A stretch of 44,845 bases of DNA from Bacteroidales bacterium (GTDB lineage Bacteria > Bacteroidota > Bacteroidia > Bacteroidales > UBA12077), in the NCBI GenBank assembly GCA_030668615.1, contig DAOUTQ010000002.1, forward strand, positions 1-44,845. Direction: 5' to 3'. The notes below the pieces were generated by a model. The model had not been told where the DNA came from. It did no database searches and was given only the letters and a program-made list of their open reading frames with translations. The translations under genes and the position numbers were made by a program. Of the stretch, positions 1 to 8,821 are shown piece after piece (within the stretch, counting starts at the first letter, position 1; every line of letters begins with the position of its first letter).

Positions 1-315
1 GAAACGAATAAAAGAACATCTGAGCTTTTAGAAAGAACGCAGCAACAAGCTGAAGAAATGTCTGCACAAGAAGAAGAAATGCGCCAAAACATGGAAGAAC
101 TTCAGGCTACACAAGAAGAATCTACCAGAAGAAACGATGAAGTTGAACAACTTCTGGAGCAAAGCCAAAAACAAGCAGAAAAAATGGAACAACAAACTGT
201 TGAAATACAAGAACAAGTAGGAGAGTTCCAGGATAGAGAAGTTGTTTGGCAAACTAAACTTGAATCTGCCTATGAAAAGATTAAGGAACTTGAATCCAAG
301 CTAAAAAAGAAATAA
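1..315 (+). CDS. C-terminal fragment of a coiled-coil (Glu/Gln-rich) protein; the 5' end lies outside the window
   Basis: Frame 1 is open from base 1 into the listed ORF 58..315 ([20 protein letters not shown]...). The heptad-like E/Q/K-rich sequence ([16 protein letters not shown]) resembles C-terminal coiled coils of Bacteroidota signalling proteins. A terminator follows. Confidence 0.6.
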   Translation, partial: ETNKRTSELLERTQQQAEEMSAQEEEMRQNMEELQATQEESTRRNDEVEQLLEQSQKQAEKMEQQTVEIQEQVGEFQDREVVWQTKLESAYEKIKELESKLKKK

Positions 316-338
316 AATTATCTTTACAAAAAAATTTA

Positions 339-365
339 ACACCCTTTTATAAGGGTGTTTTTTTT
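339..365 (+). terminator. Rho-independent terminator
   Basis: 8-bp perfect stem ACACCCTT/AAGGGTGT with loop TTAT, followed by a T7 run, 24 nt after the stop codon. Confidence 0.8.
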
Positions 366-391
366 CGTTCTACTTATATAAAATATTATTA

Positions 392-1414
392 ATGAAACTA
401 TTATTTACTTTCTCAACTCTTTTCCTACTTAATATCCTTTTCATACAAATAAAAGCGCAAGAAAATCCTGACTATATTGAAATAAGTGAAAATCTTTATG
501 TAATAAGCAATACCAACGGAGGAAACGTAGCATTTCTTGTTACAAAAAAAGGTATTGTAGTAGTTGATGCAGGTGGAACCCCAGAAAACGGTGAAAGAAT
601 TGTTTCAATAATTAAATCTGTTTCAGACAAACCCATAAAATATTTAATCTTAACACATTTTCATGGTGATCATATAAATGGCATTTCAGGTTTTCCAGAT
701 AATGTTAAAATAATTGCTCATGAAGATCTTGCTGAAAACTATATGCAATTTAGTAGAGATAAACTAAATAATTATATAAGTAATGTGCTTCCGGGTTATC
801 TGGTAAATTTAAAATTGCAAATGGGCTCAATGAAAAATAAAGAAAGTGAAGAATATCTTGAGCTAAAAAAAGATTACGAGATTAATCAAGATTACTATGA
901 TGACGTGCAAAATATAAAATTCAGAGAACCTGACATTACTTTCGACGATTTTTATAGATTCAGAATCTCTGACGAGCGAATAATGTTGGAATACACGGGA
1001 CCGGGACATACAAATGACAATATACTTGTGAAATTTTCGAATCATAATGTTATACATATAGGCGATTTGGTCTTTAATAAAAGTTTTCCTTACACAATTG
1101 AAGAACACGGAGTGGACATATACAATTGGGTAAAAACACTGGATGATTTAAAAAAGGAAAATATATTCACCGTTATTCCAGGTCATGGTGAAGTTGGTCC
1201 TAAAATAATTCTTCAGGAACAATCAGAATATTTTAAAAGTCTTGCTCAAAAAGTTGAGAGATTGAAAAAACAGGGATTGAATTTAGATCAGATCATTGCT
1301 AAATGCGATATAAAAGATTATGATCTAATTGGAAATGAAGAACAGTTTCCGGAAAATATAAAAGTAATTTACAATCAGCTAACAACTTCAAAAGTTGAGT
1401 GGTGGGAATTTTAA
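392..1414 (+). CDS. Secreted MBL-fold metallo-hydrolase
   Basis: N-terminal signal peptide ([24 protein letters not shown]). Metallo-beta-lactamase motif HxHxDH (THFHGDH) and later conserved His/Asp positions ([16 protein letters not shown]). Confidence 0.85.
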   Translation: MKLLFTFSTLFLLNILFIQIKAQENPDYIEISENLYVISNTNGGNVAFLVTKKGIVVVDAGGTPENGERIVSIIKSVSDKPIKYLILTHFHGDHINGISGFPDNVKIIAHEDLAENYMQFSRDKLNNYISNVLPGYLVNLKLQMGSMKNKESEEYLELKKDYEINQDYYDDVQNIKFREPDITFDDFYRFRISDERIMLEYTGPGHTNDNILVKFSNHNVIHIGDLVFNKSFPYTIEEHGVDIYNWVKTLDDLKKENIFTVIPGHGEVGPKIILQEQSEYFKSLAQKVERLKKQGLNLDQIIAKCDIKDYDLIGNEEQFPENIKVIYNQLTTSKVEWWEF

Positions 1415-1434
1415 TATATACTACACATAACAAT

Positions 1435-1571
1435 AAAGAAGCTGTCTCAAAATCACTTTCTATCGTCCATAGGACATAGAAGTGTGAAATTTACATACTA
1501 ATATTCAGTACTTTATAAATTCCTGAAGGAAAGTCCGGGGACATTTCCATAGGTTTTGAGACAGCTTCTTT
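1435..1571. repeat. 18-bp perfect inverted repeat enclosing a 101-nt hairpin-rich core (candidate structured RNA or MITE-like element)
   Basis: AAAGAAGCTGTCTCAAAA (1435..1452) is the exact reverse complement of TTTTGAGACAGCTTCTTT (1554..1571). Internal hairpins at 1458..1481 (TTCTAT-c-GTCC/GGAC-ATAGAA) and 1528..1548. It lies between two convergent genes. Confidence 0.7.
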
Positions 1572-1598
1572 CTTATTCCTTAAAATATAATCAACTAT

Positions 1599-3977
1599 TT
1601 ATAGTAAATTTCCAATCTTGATTCCAAAATATACAGTTCTTGGTAAAGAAGGTCCGTATATATATCCGGGATCTCTTTCAGCTCCTGAATCAAAATCATT
1701 CTGATACGAATTAAACATATTTTTTACTCCTACAAATAATTGCATACTAGCACCGTTTAATCTATACTGATAACTCAACTTTGCTCCCAAATCCATAAAC
1801 GGGTCTGATTCATGCAATTCTCCATCTACGCCATTAGGAAGCTCCATTCCATAATAAGGAACTAACATACTTCCTGTATAGTTTCCTGTTGCTGAAAAAC
1901 AAAAATGTTTAGTAAAATCCCAATCGATAGTAGCATAACCGTACTGATTTGGTGTTCTGAAAAATGATTTCTCATTAAATTCATCTTGAGGATCTTGATA
2001 TTCGTTCTTTTGAAAAGTAAATCCACCTGTAAAAGCAAAATCACCGGTAGGCACCAAATTTAGTTCAAAATTCACTCCTTTAACAGTAGCTCCATTCTCT
2101 GCATTTATTCTTGTGTAAATTATAACATCTTCTTCTGTTGGATGTGGTGATGAAGTATTGGCAAAAGCATCATTTAATTGTGTGTAAAAACCTTCAATTA
2201 ATAATCCTGTATTTACTTTTCCAACTAATTTATTAAAATCAAGCGAAGCCATGTAACTATGACTGGTTTCTTGTTTTAAATCAGGGTCGTTTTCGTGAAT
2301 TACTTTACGCGATCCTGAAGTCTCGATATGTAAATCTTCATCGAAAACCTGTGGGGCACGATAACCTTGTGAATAACTAACACGTGCCTGTAAATATTTC
2401 AACACGTCGTACTTAACTGTTACCCTTGGACTTATTACATTCCCTGTTTTATTACTGTTATGTGTTTCGTCTTTAATTTCGTAATTATCGAAACGAGCGC
2501 CAACAGAAACATTTAATTTGTTAAACTTGTGGTCGTATTGAGCAAATACACCATAAATATTAGATACCTGATCGGCAACAAGGGTATTTGCTGTATGAGG
2601 AATAATAAGTTCGCCACTTACAAATACTGCATTTTCATAATCAGGATAACCTAATTTTTTATCGTTTAAAGTTTCGCCTCTATATTCTATACCACTAATT
2701 AAATTCGAATTTGTAAAAACAGCATTATACTGAGCACCCATATTAGTAGTAAAACCTTTTGTTTTGCCATAATCTTTCATCGATTGTTCTGCACCATAAT
2801 AAGAATCACGATCAACAAATTGCCCTGAAACAAATACAGACAATTTATCTTCATCTCTAAAAAACTGATCGAATGAAATCGCCCCTGTCGTAATTTTATG
2901 ATCAACAGCTTCAGCAATATCTGCTTCATGCTTAGGTAAGTCAAATTTATTTCCACCGCGTCTTTCTTCGTTTATAGTGAAAAAATCAACAGCTATCTTA
3001 TTTCTATAACCTAAACGATGAAATAATCTGGTTCCTACTGTTGTATTATTAATATCCGACACTTCAGAAAAATCATCTCCATTGGCATCAAAAGGATCTC
3101 GGTTTCTATGAAAACCATATAAGGCCATTCCAGTTTTACTATCATGTGAAACAATAGATGTATTAAAATTCATACTATAATCCAATGCCGGATCACCCGA
3201 ACCATCAAGTCCAACTCCAGTATAACCAGAAGTTACTGATGCTTCGTACGAATTATTTATCGGATCTTTTAATATTAAATTAACCGTTCCGGCAATTGCA
3301 TTACTTCCGTATAAAGCAGATCCTCCACCACGAACTACTTCTATTCTTTCAATCATAGATGATGGAATAAGTTCCAAACCGTAAACACCTGCCAATCCAC
3401 TAAATATCGGACGGCTATTAATTAAAATTTGCGAATAAGGTCCACCAAGTCCGTTCATTCGAACCTGATTAAACCCACAATTCTGGCAATTATTTTCCAT
3501 TCTTAGTCCGGGACAAAAATTTAAGCCATCACCTAAACTAACTGTTTGTGCTATTTCAAATAATTTAGGGGTTATCGTATTTACAATTACCGAAGCATCT
3601 TTTCTGTGTTTATCATTTCGATCGGCTGTAATAACAACTTGCTCTAATCCCAACACATCAGCCTCTAAAATAAAGTTAAGCTCTATAGTTTTATCTCCGA
3701 TTAATTCAACTTCTTTTTCGTCAGGTTTATAACCAATAGCAGATGCCCTTACTGTATATATTCCTATTGGCATGTTAATTAAATTAAAATGCCCTGTTTC
3801 ATCAGTTGCTGCTCCAATGGTTGTATTTTTTAGTATTATAGTTGCAAAAGGAATATGTTCGCCATATGTATCAGTTACATGCCCAACAATATTTGCATCA
3901 GTACGCTGAGCAAAAGAACTAACTGAAATTAGAATAAAGAATATGATTTGTGATAAATATATATTGATTGTTCTCAT
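1599..3977 (-). CDS. TonB-dependent outer-membrane receptor with N-terminal carboxypeptidase-regulatory-like domain
   Basis: Signal peptide. CarboxypepD_reg-like N-terminus (IVGHVTD..GEHIPFATIIL..TDETGHFNL..GIYTVRASAIGY). Plug region, long beta-barrel, and C-terminal aromatic residue context (YFGIKIGNLL). Unusual Cys cluster in the plug (FCPGLRMENNCQNCGFNQVRMNGL). Confidence 0.9.
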   Translation of the reverse strand: MRTINIYLSQIIFFILISVSSFAQRTDANIVGHVTDTYGEHIPFATIILKNTTIGAATDETGHFNLINMPIGIYTVRASAIGYKPDEKEVELIGDKTIELNFILEADVLGLEQVVITADRNDKHRKDASVIVNTITPKLFEIAQTVSLGDGLNFCPGLRMENNCQNCGFNQVRMNGLGGPYSQILINSRPIFSGLAGVYGLELIPSSMIERIEVVRGGGSALYGSNAIAGTVNLILKDPINNSYEASVTSGYTGVGLDGSGDPALDYSMNFNTSIVSHDSKTGMALYGFHRNRDPFDANGDDFSEVSDINNTTVGTRLFHRLGYRNKIAVDFFTINEERRGGNKFDLPKHEADIAEAVDHKITTGAISFDQFFRDEDKLSVFVSGQFVDRDSYYGAEQSMKDYGKTKGFTTNMGAQYNAVFTNSNLISGIEYRGETLNDKKLGYPDYENAVFVSGELIIPHTANTLVADQVSNIYGVFAQYDHKFNKLNVSVGARFDNYEIKDETHNSNKTGNVISPRVTVKYDVLKYLQARVSYSQGYRAPQVFDEDLHIETSGSRKVIHENDPDLKQETSHSYMASLDFNKLVGKVNTGLLIEGFYTQLNDAFANTSSPHPTEEDVIIYTRINAENGATVKGVNFELNLVPTGDFAFTGGFTFQKNEYQDPQDEFNEKSFFRTPNQYGYATIDWDFTKHFCFSATGNYTGSMLVPYYGMELPNGVDGELHESDPFMDLGAKLSYQYRLNGASMQLFVGVKNMFNSYQNDFDSGAERDPGYIYGPSLPRTVYFGIKIGNLL

Positions 3978-4222
3978 TACTTTCTTATTAATTGTTATTT
4001 ATATAATAGTTTGCTGTTACTTAATTTAGTTTTTAATCTGATCAGAATTATTAATTCATGTCCGATTAAATTTTTCTAATTAAATTAACTTTAATCTGAA
4101 TGATATTTATAGCTACAGGTATTATAATTACCGAATAAAGATGACAATTATTATAATAGATATATTGTCATGTTAGGCTCATAATTAAGTTATGAATCCT
4201 ATCATCTTTAATAAAGAAATGA

Positions 4223-4609
4223 TTAAGCTAAAAAGGAAATGGAAGGGGGTCCTCTATTAGTATACGAAGAATGAATTTTTAAATTAAAATATAAACATGG
4301 TTTACTCAAAATCTCCGTTTCGAAAACAGGATTGTAAACAATTGCTATTGATGATTCAAAATTTACAAAATAACTCAATGACCTGATTACTTGTAATTCA
4401 ATTTTATTGTGCTTGTGTTGCGAATAAGGATTTTTGTTTTCGGCACTTTTATTAAACGGGTGAGCGTGGACAATAACATTACCACAAGCTGTTCTATGAG
4501 TATGAAGAAAGAAAGTAGAATTAAAAATTATTCCCCCAATCAATAATAAAAATATTGTTGAGATAATTTTTTTTCTAATATATTGCATTCTACTCTTCAT
4601 TCTACGCAC
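4223..4609 (-). CDS. Small single-pass membrane protein with His-rich motif, function unknown
   Basis: One predicted TM helix (IISTIFLLLIGGIIFNSTFF) followed directly by LHTHRTACGNVIVHAHPF and QHKHNK; RGPP near the C-terminus. Same strand as the TonB-dependent receptor and directly upstream of it. Start codon uncertain (M1/M4/M8). Confidence 0.55.
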   Translation of the reverse strand: MRRMKSRMQYIRKKIISTIFLLLIGGIIFNSTFFLHTHRTACGNVIVHAHPFNKSAENKNPYSQHKHNKIELQVIRSLSYFVNFESSIAIVYNPVFETEILSKPCLYFNLKIHSSYTNRGPPSISFLA

Positions 4610-4740
4610 AAATGTATATTATTCAAATTAATCCTGCAATACCAAATATTAGGTATTTGTTATTTGTTTAACATATAATTAGATGCTATATTTAGTAATA
4701 CGTTTAATTCAATTTTAGTTACATGCTATAAAACATTAAT

Positions 4741-4770
4741 AAAAAAGGGATTAACAATGAAGTTAACCCC
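4741..4770 (-). terminator. Rho-independent terminator of the AOR gene
   Basis: On the minus strand: GGGGTTAAC / GTTAATCCC stem (one mismatch), 6-nt loop, then a T6 run, about 20 nt after the AOR stop. Confidence 0.6.
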
Positions 4771-4791
4771 TCTAATTTTAAGTTTTATCTC

Positions 4792-6942
4792 TTATTGAAG
4801 ATCTTTTACAGTTTCAATTACCTCAGGAAGATCCATACCTATTTTTTTTAGATATTCAACTTTTGGAACTCCATTTTTATTCCAACCTCTACGCTTATAA
4901 ACAGCATCAAGAAGTTTTTCGTATTGACCTTCGCGATATTCTCTTGTAATAGCTACTTTTTCTTCAGAAGATTTTCCTTCAGGATTTACTCCGATAATTT
5001 CTTTCATTTGTTCATCGTAGCGTTCTGCTCTTGAATCATATTCTTCAACAGTAACAGGACCTGCAGCTCTATATGGTTGTTTGTCGAATTTTCTAACACC
5101 ATAACCTCTGCGAATATTAAAGATACGTTGGAAATTATAAACGCGTTCCGAATCTTCAATCATTCTATTCTTATCAAATTCTTTTCCTGTAACAGCTTTG
5201 TAAATTGTTACATAATTATCTACATGCTCAGGAACTTTTGCAGGCTCGTCAGTTTCTGCATTGTTTGCAGGTTCCACATCGTTCCATGGTAATTTACATA
5301 AACCAACTAAACCAAACCATGTACGGAACATTGGGAAATAATGTAAAGCTTCTGCTTTGTCTTCGAAAGTAGGAATTTGGTTATTTACCATATCCATAAA
5401 AATTAACCAAGCTTCGTCGTGTTGTGGACCTTTATTTGTCATAGCAAAACCTCCTTGCTGTGCTAATGATTCTTTTGAAACATACTCAGAATACTCTAAG
5501 TTTTTGTTCACCATTCCAATATCATCAAGGAAAGCTCTATCTGCACCATACTTTTCAACAAAAACATCTTTCATTTTGGCAATACCTAAACCGGCTATCT
5601 TACCAAAACCTTCACCACGTGCTAATTGATGAATTAATTCAAGTGCTGCTTCTTTAGCACCAAAGTTAAGTTCTAAACCTCCAGTAATTTCTTTGTTAAT
5701 AATACCGTTTTCGTAACATTCCATAATGAAAGCAACAAGTGTTCCCCATGTAATAGTACAAATACCGTAAGTATCGCAATAAAAGTTTGCTTCAATAATA
5801 TAATCAGCATCAAAAATACCCCCATTTGAACCTAAACCACCAGCATTTTCGTATTCTGGTCCATCAACAATAACCTCTTGTCCTTTATAAGGTCCTGTTT
5901 GCAATTTAAAGTTCTGAACACCTTTAGCACAACTCATTGAACAACCAATCCAACATCCATCAGGAGTACCTTGAGCAAATCGAGATTTCCAAACTTCAGA
6001 ATGAATTTTATCAATATCTTTATGACTACCATATTTGTAATTATTAACAGGTAATAAGTCATAATCATTCATTATTTCAACAAGGTGAGCTGTTCCTTTA
6101 GTTCTCATTTCGCATTGCTCTTCGTCGAGGTCTTTCATCTCTTTATTAAACCTTTTCCCTCTTTCGCGAATAGCGTCAATATCAACAACATTATTTGCAT
6201 TTCCTTTAACACCAGAAACTTTTGCAACTACAGCTTTAATTTTTTTATCTCTAAAAACAGAACCAATACCACCTCTACCGGCTTGTTTTAAACGAATTTC
6301 TTTCTTTTTTGTATCGTAGAAACTTATGTTAAGCATTCCAATTAATGAATTTTCAGCTGCTTTACCTGAAGAAACCACACTAATATTCTTCATATCTTTT
6401 TCATCGTCAGCATACATTTCGGTAAGTTGTTCTGCTAACATATGACTATCAACATTCTCTTCAGGAGCTTCGAAAATCTCAACTTTCCCGTTTACACCAT
6501 CGATAAAGATAATTACATCATTTTCGGCTTTCCCTTGTAATTCAAGAGCATCGAAGCCTGAAAATTTTAAGAACGGACCAAAATAACCACCAACATTACT
6601 ATCCATAACAAAATCGGTAGGAGAGATAGAAACAATAAGTGATTTTCCTGCACCTGAATATTGTGTAATACCACTTACAGGACCTGGAGTAATAATAACC
6701 TCATTTTCAGGATCATTCCACTTTGTATCAGGCTTTGTAGCATCCCATAACATTTTTAGGCCATAACCTTTTCCTCCAATAAATTTCTCTTTCATTAAAG
6801 GCGAAACAGCTTTTTCTTCAATCACATTATCAGACACATTTATGTATAAGGTCTTATCCGTAGTACCTTTGTCTAATGGAGTAATATCATACTTATACTC
6901 CTTAAGAAGCTTGTGTGCAGCTTTCATCTTTTGAATATCCAT
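4792..6942 (-). CDS. aor: Aldehyde:ferredoxin oxidoreductase family (tungstopterin) enzyme, long form
   Basis: 716 aa. AOR N-terminal domain signature (FIGGKGYGLKMLW), Cys cluster GCWIGCSMSCAKG plus a later GLCKLPW Cys for a [4Fe-4S] cluster, and DTYGIC pterin-contact-like motif. Overall length and order typical of AOR/FOR/GAPOR family proteins. Confidence 0.88.
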   Translation of the reverse strand: MDIQKMKAAHKLLKEYKYDITPLDKGTTDKTLYINVSDNVIEEKAVSPLMKEKFIGGKGYGLKMLWDATKPDTKWNDPENEVIITPGPVSGITQYSGAGKSLIVSISPTDFVMDSNVGGYFGPFLKFSGFDALELQGKAENDVIIFIDGVNGKVEIFEAPEENVDSHMLAEQLTEMYADDEKDMKNISVVSSGKAAENSLIGMLNISFYDTKKKEIRLKQAGRGGIGSVFRDKKIKAVVAKVSGVKGNANNVVDIDAIRERGKRFNKEMKDLDEEQCEMRTKGTAHLVEIMNDYDLLPVNNYKYGSHKDIDKIHSEVWKSRFAQGTPDGCWIGCSMSCAKGVQNFKLQTGPYKGQEVIVDGPEYENAGGLGSNGGIFDADYIIEANFYCDTYGICTITWGTLVAFIMECYENGIINKEITGGLELNFGAKEAALELIHQLARGEGFGKIAGLGIAKMKDVFVEKYGADRAFLDDIGMVNKNLEYSEYVSKESLAQQGGFAMTNKGPQHDEAWLIFMDMVNNQIPTFEDKAEALHYFPMFRTWFGLVGLCKLPWNDVEPANNAETDEPAKVPEHVDNYVTIYKAVTGKEFDKNRMIEDSERVYNFQRIFNIRRGYGVRKFDKQPYRAAGPVTVEEYDSRAERYDEQMKEIIGVNPEGKSSEEKVAITREYREGQYEKLLDAVYKRRGWNKNGVPKVEYLKKIGMDLPEVIETVKDLQ

Positions 6943-6982
6943 ATCTATTTTATTTTTAATTTATTTCGATTTTTTAGCATTT

Positions 6983-6990
6983 CAAAAGTA
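6983..6990 (-). promoter_or_regulatory. Candidate Bacteroidota -7 promoter box (TAnnTTTG) for aor
   Basis: Plus-strand CAAAAGTA equals TACTTTTG on the minus strand, about 41 nt upstream of the aor ATG. Confidence 0.35.
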
Positions 6991-7131
6991 TAAAAATATA
7001 GTGTGCTGTAAAAGTATAATATGACTTAAATCAATATGTTATGTTATGCATATCGTAATGACTATTAAGTCTTTTATTACTTATATGAATATGAGAGTAT
7101 TATAGCATTGAAACTTTGGAAATAATAATTG

Positions 7132-7139
7132 TAAATTTG
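7132..7139 (+). promoter_or_regulatory. Candidate Bacteroidota -7 promoter box for the DUF364-thiF-thiS operon
   Basis: TAAATTTG matches TAnnTTTG, 33 nt upstream of the ATG at 7172. Confidence 0.4.
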
Positions 7140-7171
7140 TTAAATATTTTAGCATTTAATGAATTCAGAAT

Positions 7172-7870
7172 ATGCAGGAACCTATCGAATACTTTTTCGA
7201 AAAATATGGAATTGATTTACAGAGTATAAATCAAATTGTTTGTGGTAAAAAATATGTTGCAGTTTTATTAAAAGATGGCAAAGTTGGTGTTTGTGCAACA
7301 CTCGATAATTATGTAAATATTGATGTTCGCGATTTAAAAATCCCCGATTTAAAAAATATTCAGCATCGAATTGTTTTAAATGCATATTTTAATGCTATTT
7401 ACAATTATAATAACAAATACGATACAACAATTGATATTTTTGATAAAATTGATTTTAAAAAATATAATAAAATTGTGATGGTTGGTTTTTTTCGTTCATT
7501 AGTTGATAAATTCGAAAACGATAACATAGATTTAACAATTTTTGATAAAGCTGTTGAAGATGAGAAGTTAGCTGATATGTCGGAGCAATTAAAAAAAGTT
7601 GCTAAAGCAGATGCTTTAATTCTTTCATCAACATCAGTTTTTAATAATACATTTTTAGATTTGATTAATGCAACGAATGAAAACTGTGATATTTATACTT
7701 TAGGACCATCAACTATTCTTAATACAGAAATGTTTCAATATCGAAATATTAAGTTTTTGTTTGGTTCTATCTTTGAACTTAATGATGTGAATACGTTAAA
7801 AATTATTCAACATGGTGGCGGAACTAAACAGTTTTTACCATTCATGGATAAAGTTTTTTTAAAACCTTAA
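7172..7870 (+). CDS. DUF364/DUF4213-family protein (Rossmann-like, 'putative heavy-metal chelation' family)
   Basis: The pattern GKKYVAVLLKDGKVGVCATL ... NAYFNA ... KIVMVGFF ... ADALILSSTSVFNNTF ... LGPST ... LFGS matches my recollection of the PF13938+PF04016 architecture. First gene of a tightly packed 3-gene operon. Confidence 0.7.
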   Translation: MQEPIEYFFEKYGIDLQSINQIVCGKKYVAVLLKDGKVGVCATLDNYVNIDVRDLKIPDLKNIQHRIVLNAYFNAIYNYNNKYDTTIDIFDKIDFKKYNKIVMVGFFRSLVDKFENDNIDLTIFDKAVEDEKLADMSEQLKKVAKADALILSSTSVFNNTFLDLINATNENCDIYTLGPSTILNTEMFQYRNIKFLFGSIFELNDVNTLKIIQHGGGTKQFLPFMDKVFLKP

Positions 7871-7873
7871 ACT

Positions 7874-8458
7874 ATGAATTTCGAAGAAATCAAATCAAAA
7901 CTTAAAAACTATACTGTTGGTATAGCAGGAGTTGGTGGATTAGGATCGAATTGTGCTATTGCGCTTGCCAGAGTCGGAGTTGGTAAAATCATCATTTCAG
8001 ATTTTGACATTGTGTATGAATCAAACCTTAATCGCCAGTATTTCTTTAAAGATCAAATAGGACTAAGAAAAGTTGATGCTTTAAAAGAAAATATTCAAAG
8101 AATAAATCCTGAAATTGAAATTATTGACAATTATATTAAACTTAACGAAGATAATATTGTTGAGATTTATAAAGATTGCGATGTAATAGTTGAAGCTTTT
8201 GATTTAGCAGAAATGAAAAAGATGCTCATTGAAACTTTATTATCGGAGCTACCCGAAAAACCAATAATAATTGGAATTGGAATGGCGGGATATGGCGATA
8301 GTAATTCTATTGATTTTAGACAATCTGAAAATTTATATATTTGCGGCGATGAAAAATCAGAAGTATCTGACGAAAATCCACCATTAGCTCCAAGAGTGGG
8401 AATGGTTGCAAATATGCAGGCAAATACTGTTTTAGAAATCTTGTTAAGTAAAAAATAA
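7874..8458 (+). CDS. thiF: ThiF/MoeB-type E1-like adenylyltransferase, short form
   Basis: 194 aa. Nucleotide-binding loop GVGGLGS, then DFD.V..SNLNRQ, typical of ThiF/MoeB/HesA. No C-terminal CxxC or rhodanese domain. Starts 3 nt after the upstream stop. Confidence 0.85.
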   Translation: MNFEEIKSKLKNYTVGIAGVGGLGSNCAIALARVGVGKIIISDFDIVYESNLNRQYFFKDQIGLRKVDALKENIQRINPEIEIIDNYIKLNEDNIVEIYKDCDVIVEAFDLAEMKKMLIETLLSELPEKPIIIGIGMAGYGDSNSIDFRQSENLYICGDEKSEVSDENPPLAPRVGMVANMQANTVLEILLSKK

Positions 8459-8661
8459 TGAACATCACTCTCAATAATAGACCAGAATCATTTGGTCAAG
8501 AACGAATTACTATCTCAGAACTACTTGAAATTAAAAATTTTACTTTCAAAATGCTGGTAATTAAAGTTAATAACAAACTTGTAAAAAAAGATTCTTACGA
8601 TAGTTCTGTTATCAAGAATGGTGATGATGTTACAGTACTTCATTTAGTAAGCGGAGGATAA
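8458..8661 (+). CDS. thiS: ThiS/MoaD-type ubiquitin-like sulfur carrier protein
   Basis: 67 aa ending in the diagnostic C-terminal Gly-Gly (VLHLVSGG); beta-grasp-sized. The ATG overlaps the thiF stop by 1 nt (ATAATG), implying translational coupling. Confidence 0.8.
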   Translation: MNITLNNRPESFGQERITISELLEIKNFTFKMLVIKVNNKLVKKDSYDSSVIKNGDDVTVLHLVSGG

Positions 8662-8821
8662 TATCTAATTAATAATTATGAATGAAGAATTAATAATTCA
8701 ATTTCAAGTTATTCACATTCTTAAACTTTCAATCATTAACCTTTAACTTTTAACTAATATTTGTTAATACTTTACTCTTAAATTCTTTGGCTTAAAATCT
8801 AATTTCTCTTAATATTGCAGC

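Noticed and set aside
1527-1541. GGAAAGTCCGGGG resembles the conserved GGAAAGUCCGGGC of bacterial RNase P RNA.
   Set aside because: The surrounding element is only about 137 nt and lacks the other conserved RNase P regions (P4 partner, J3/4, P15 and so on). The match is most likely coincidental. The region is reported only as an inverted-repeat element.
6943-7171. Possible TPP or Moco/Wco riboswitch in front of the thiF/thiS-like operon or aor.
   Set aside because: The spacer is almost pure AT and shows no CUGAGA...ACCUGAUCUGGAUAAUGCCAGCG-type TPP core or GC-rich Moco-motif helices. I cannot run a covariance model, but nothing is visible by eye.
7874-8661. Calling the ThiF/ThiS pair plain thiamine-biosynthesis genes.
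   Set aside because: No thiG, thiH/thiO, thiC, thiE or thiD gene is adjacent. The neighbours are instead DUF364 and AOR. I kept the family-level symbols, but the thiamine role is left open.
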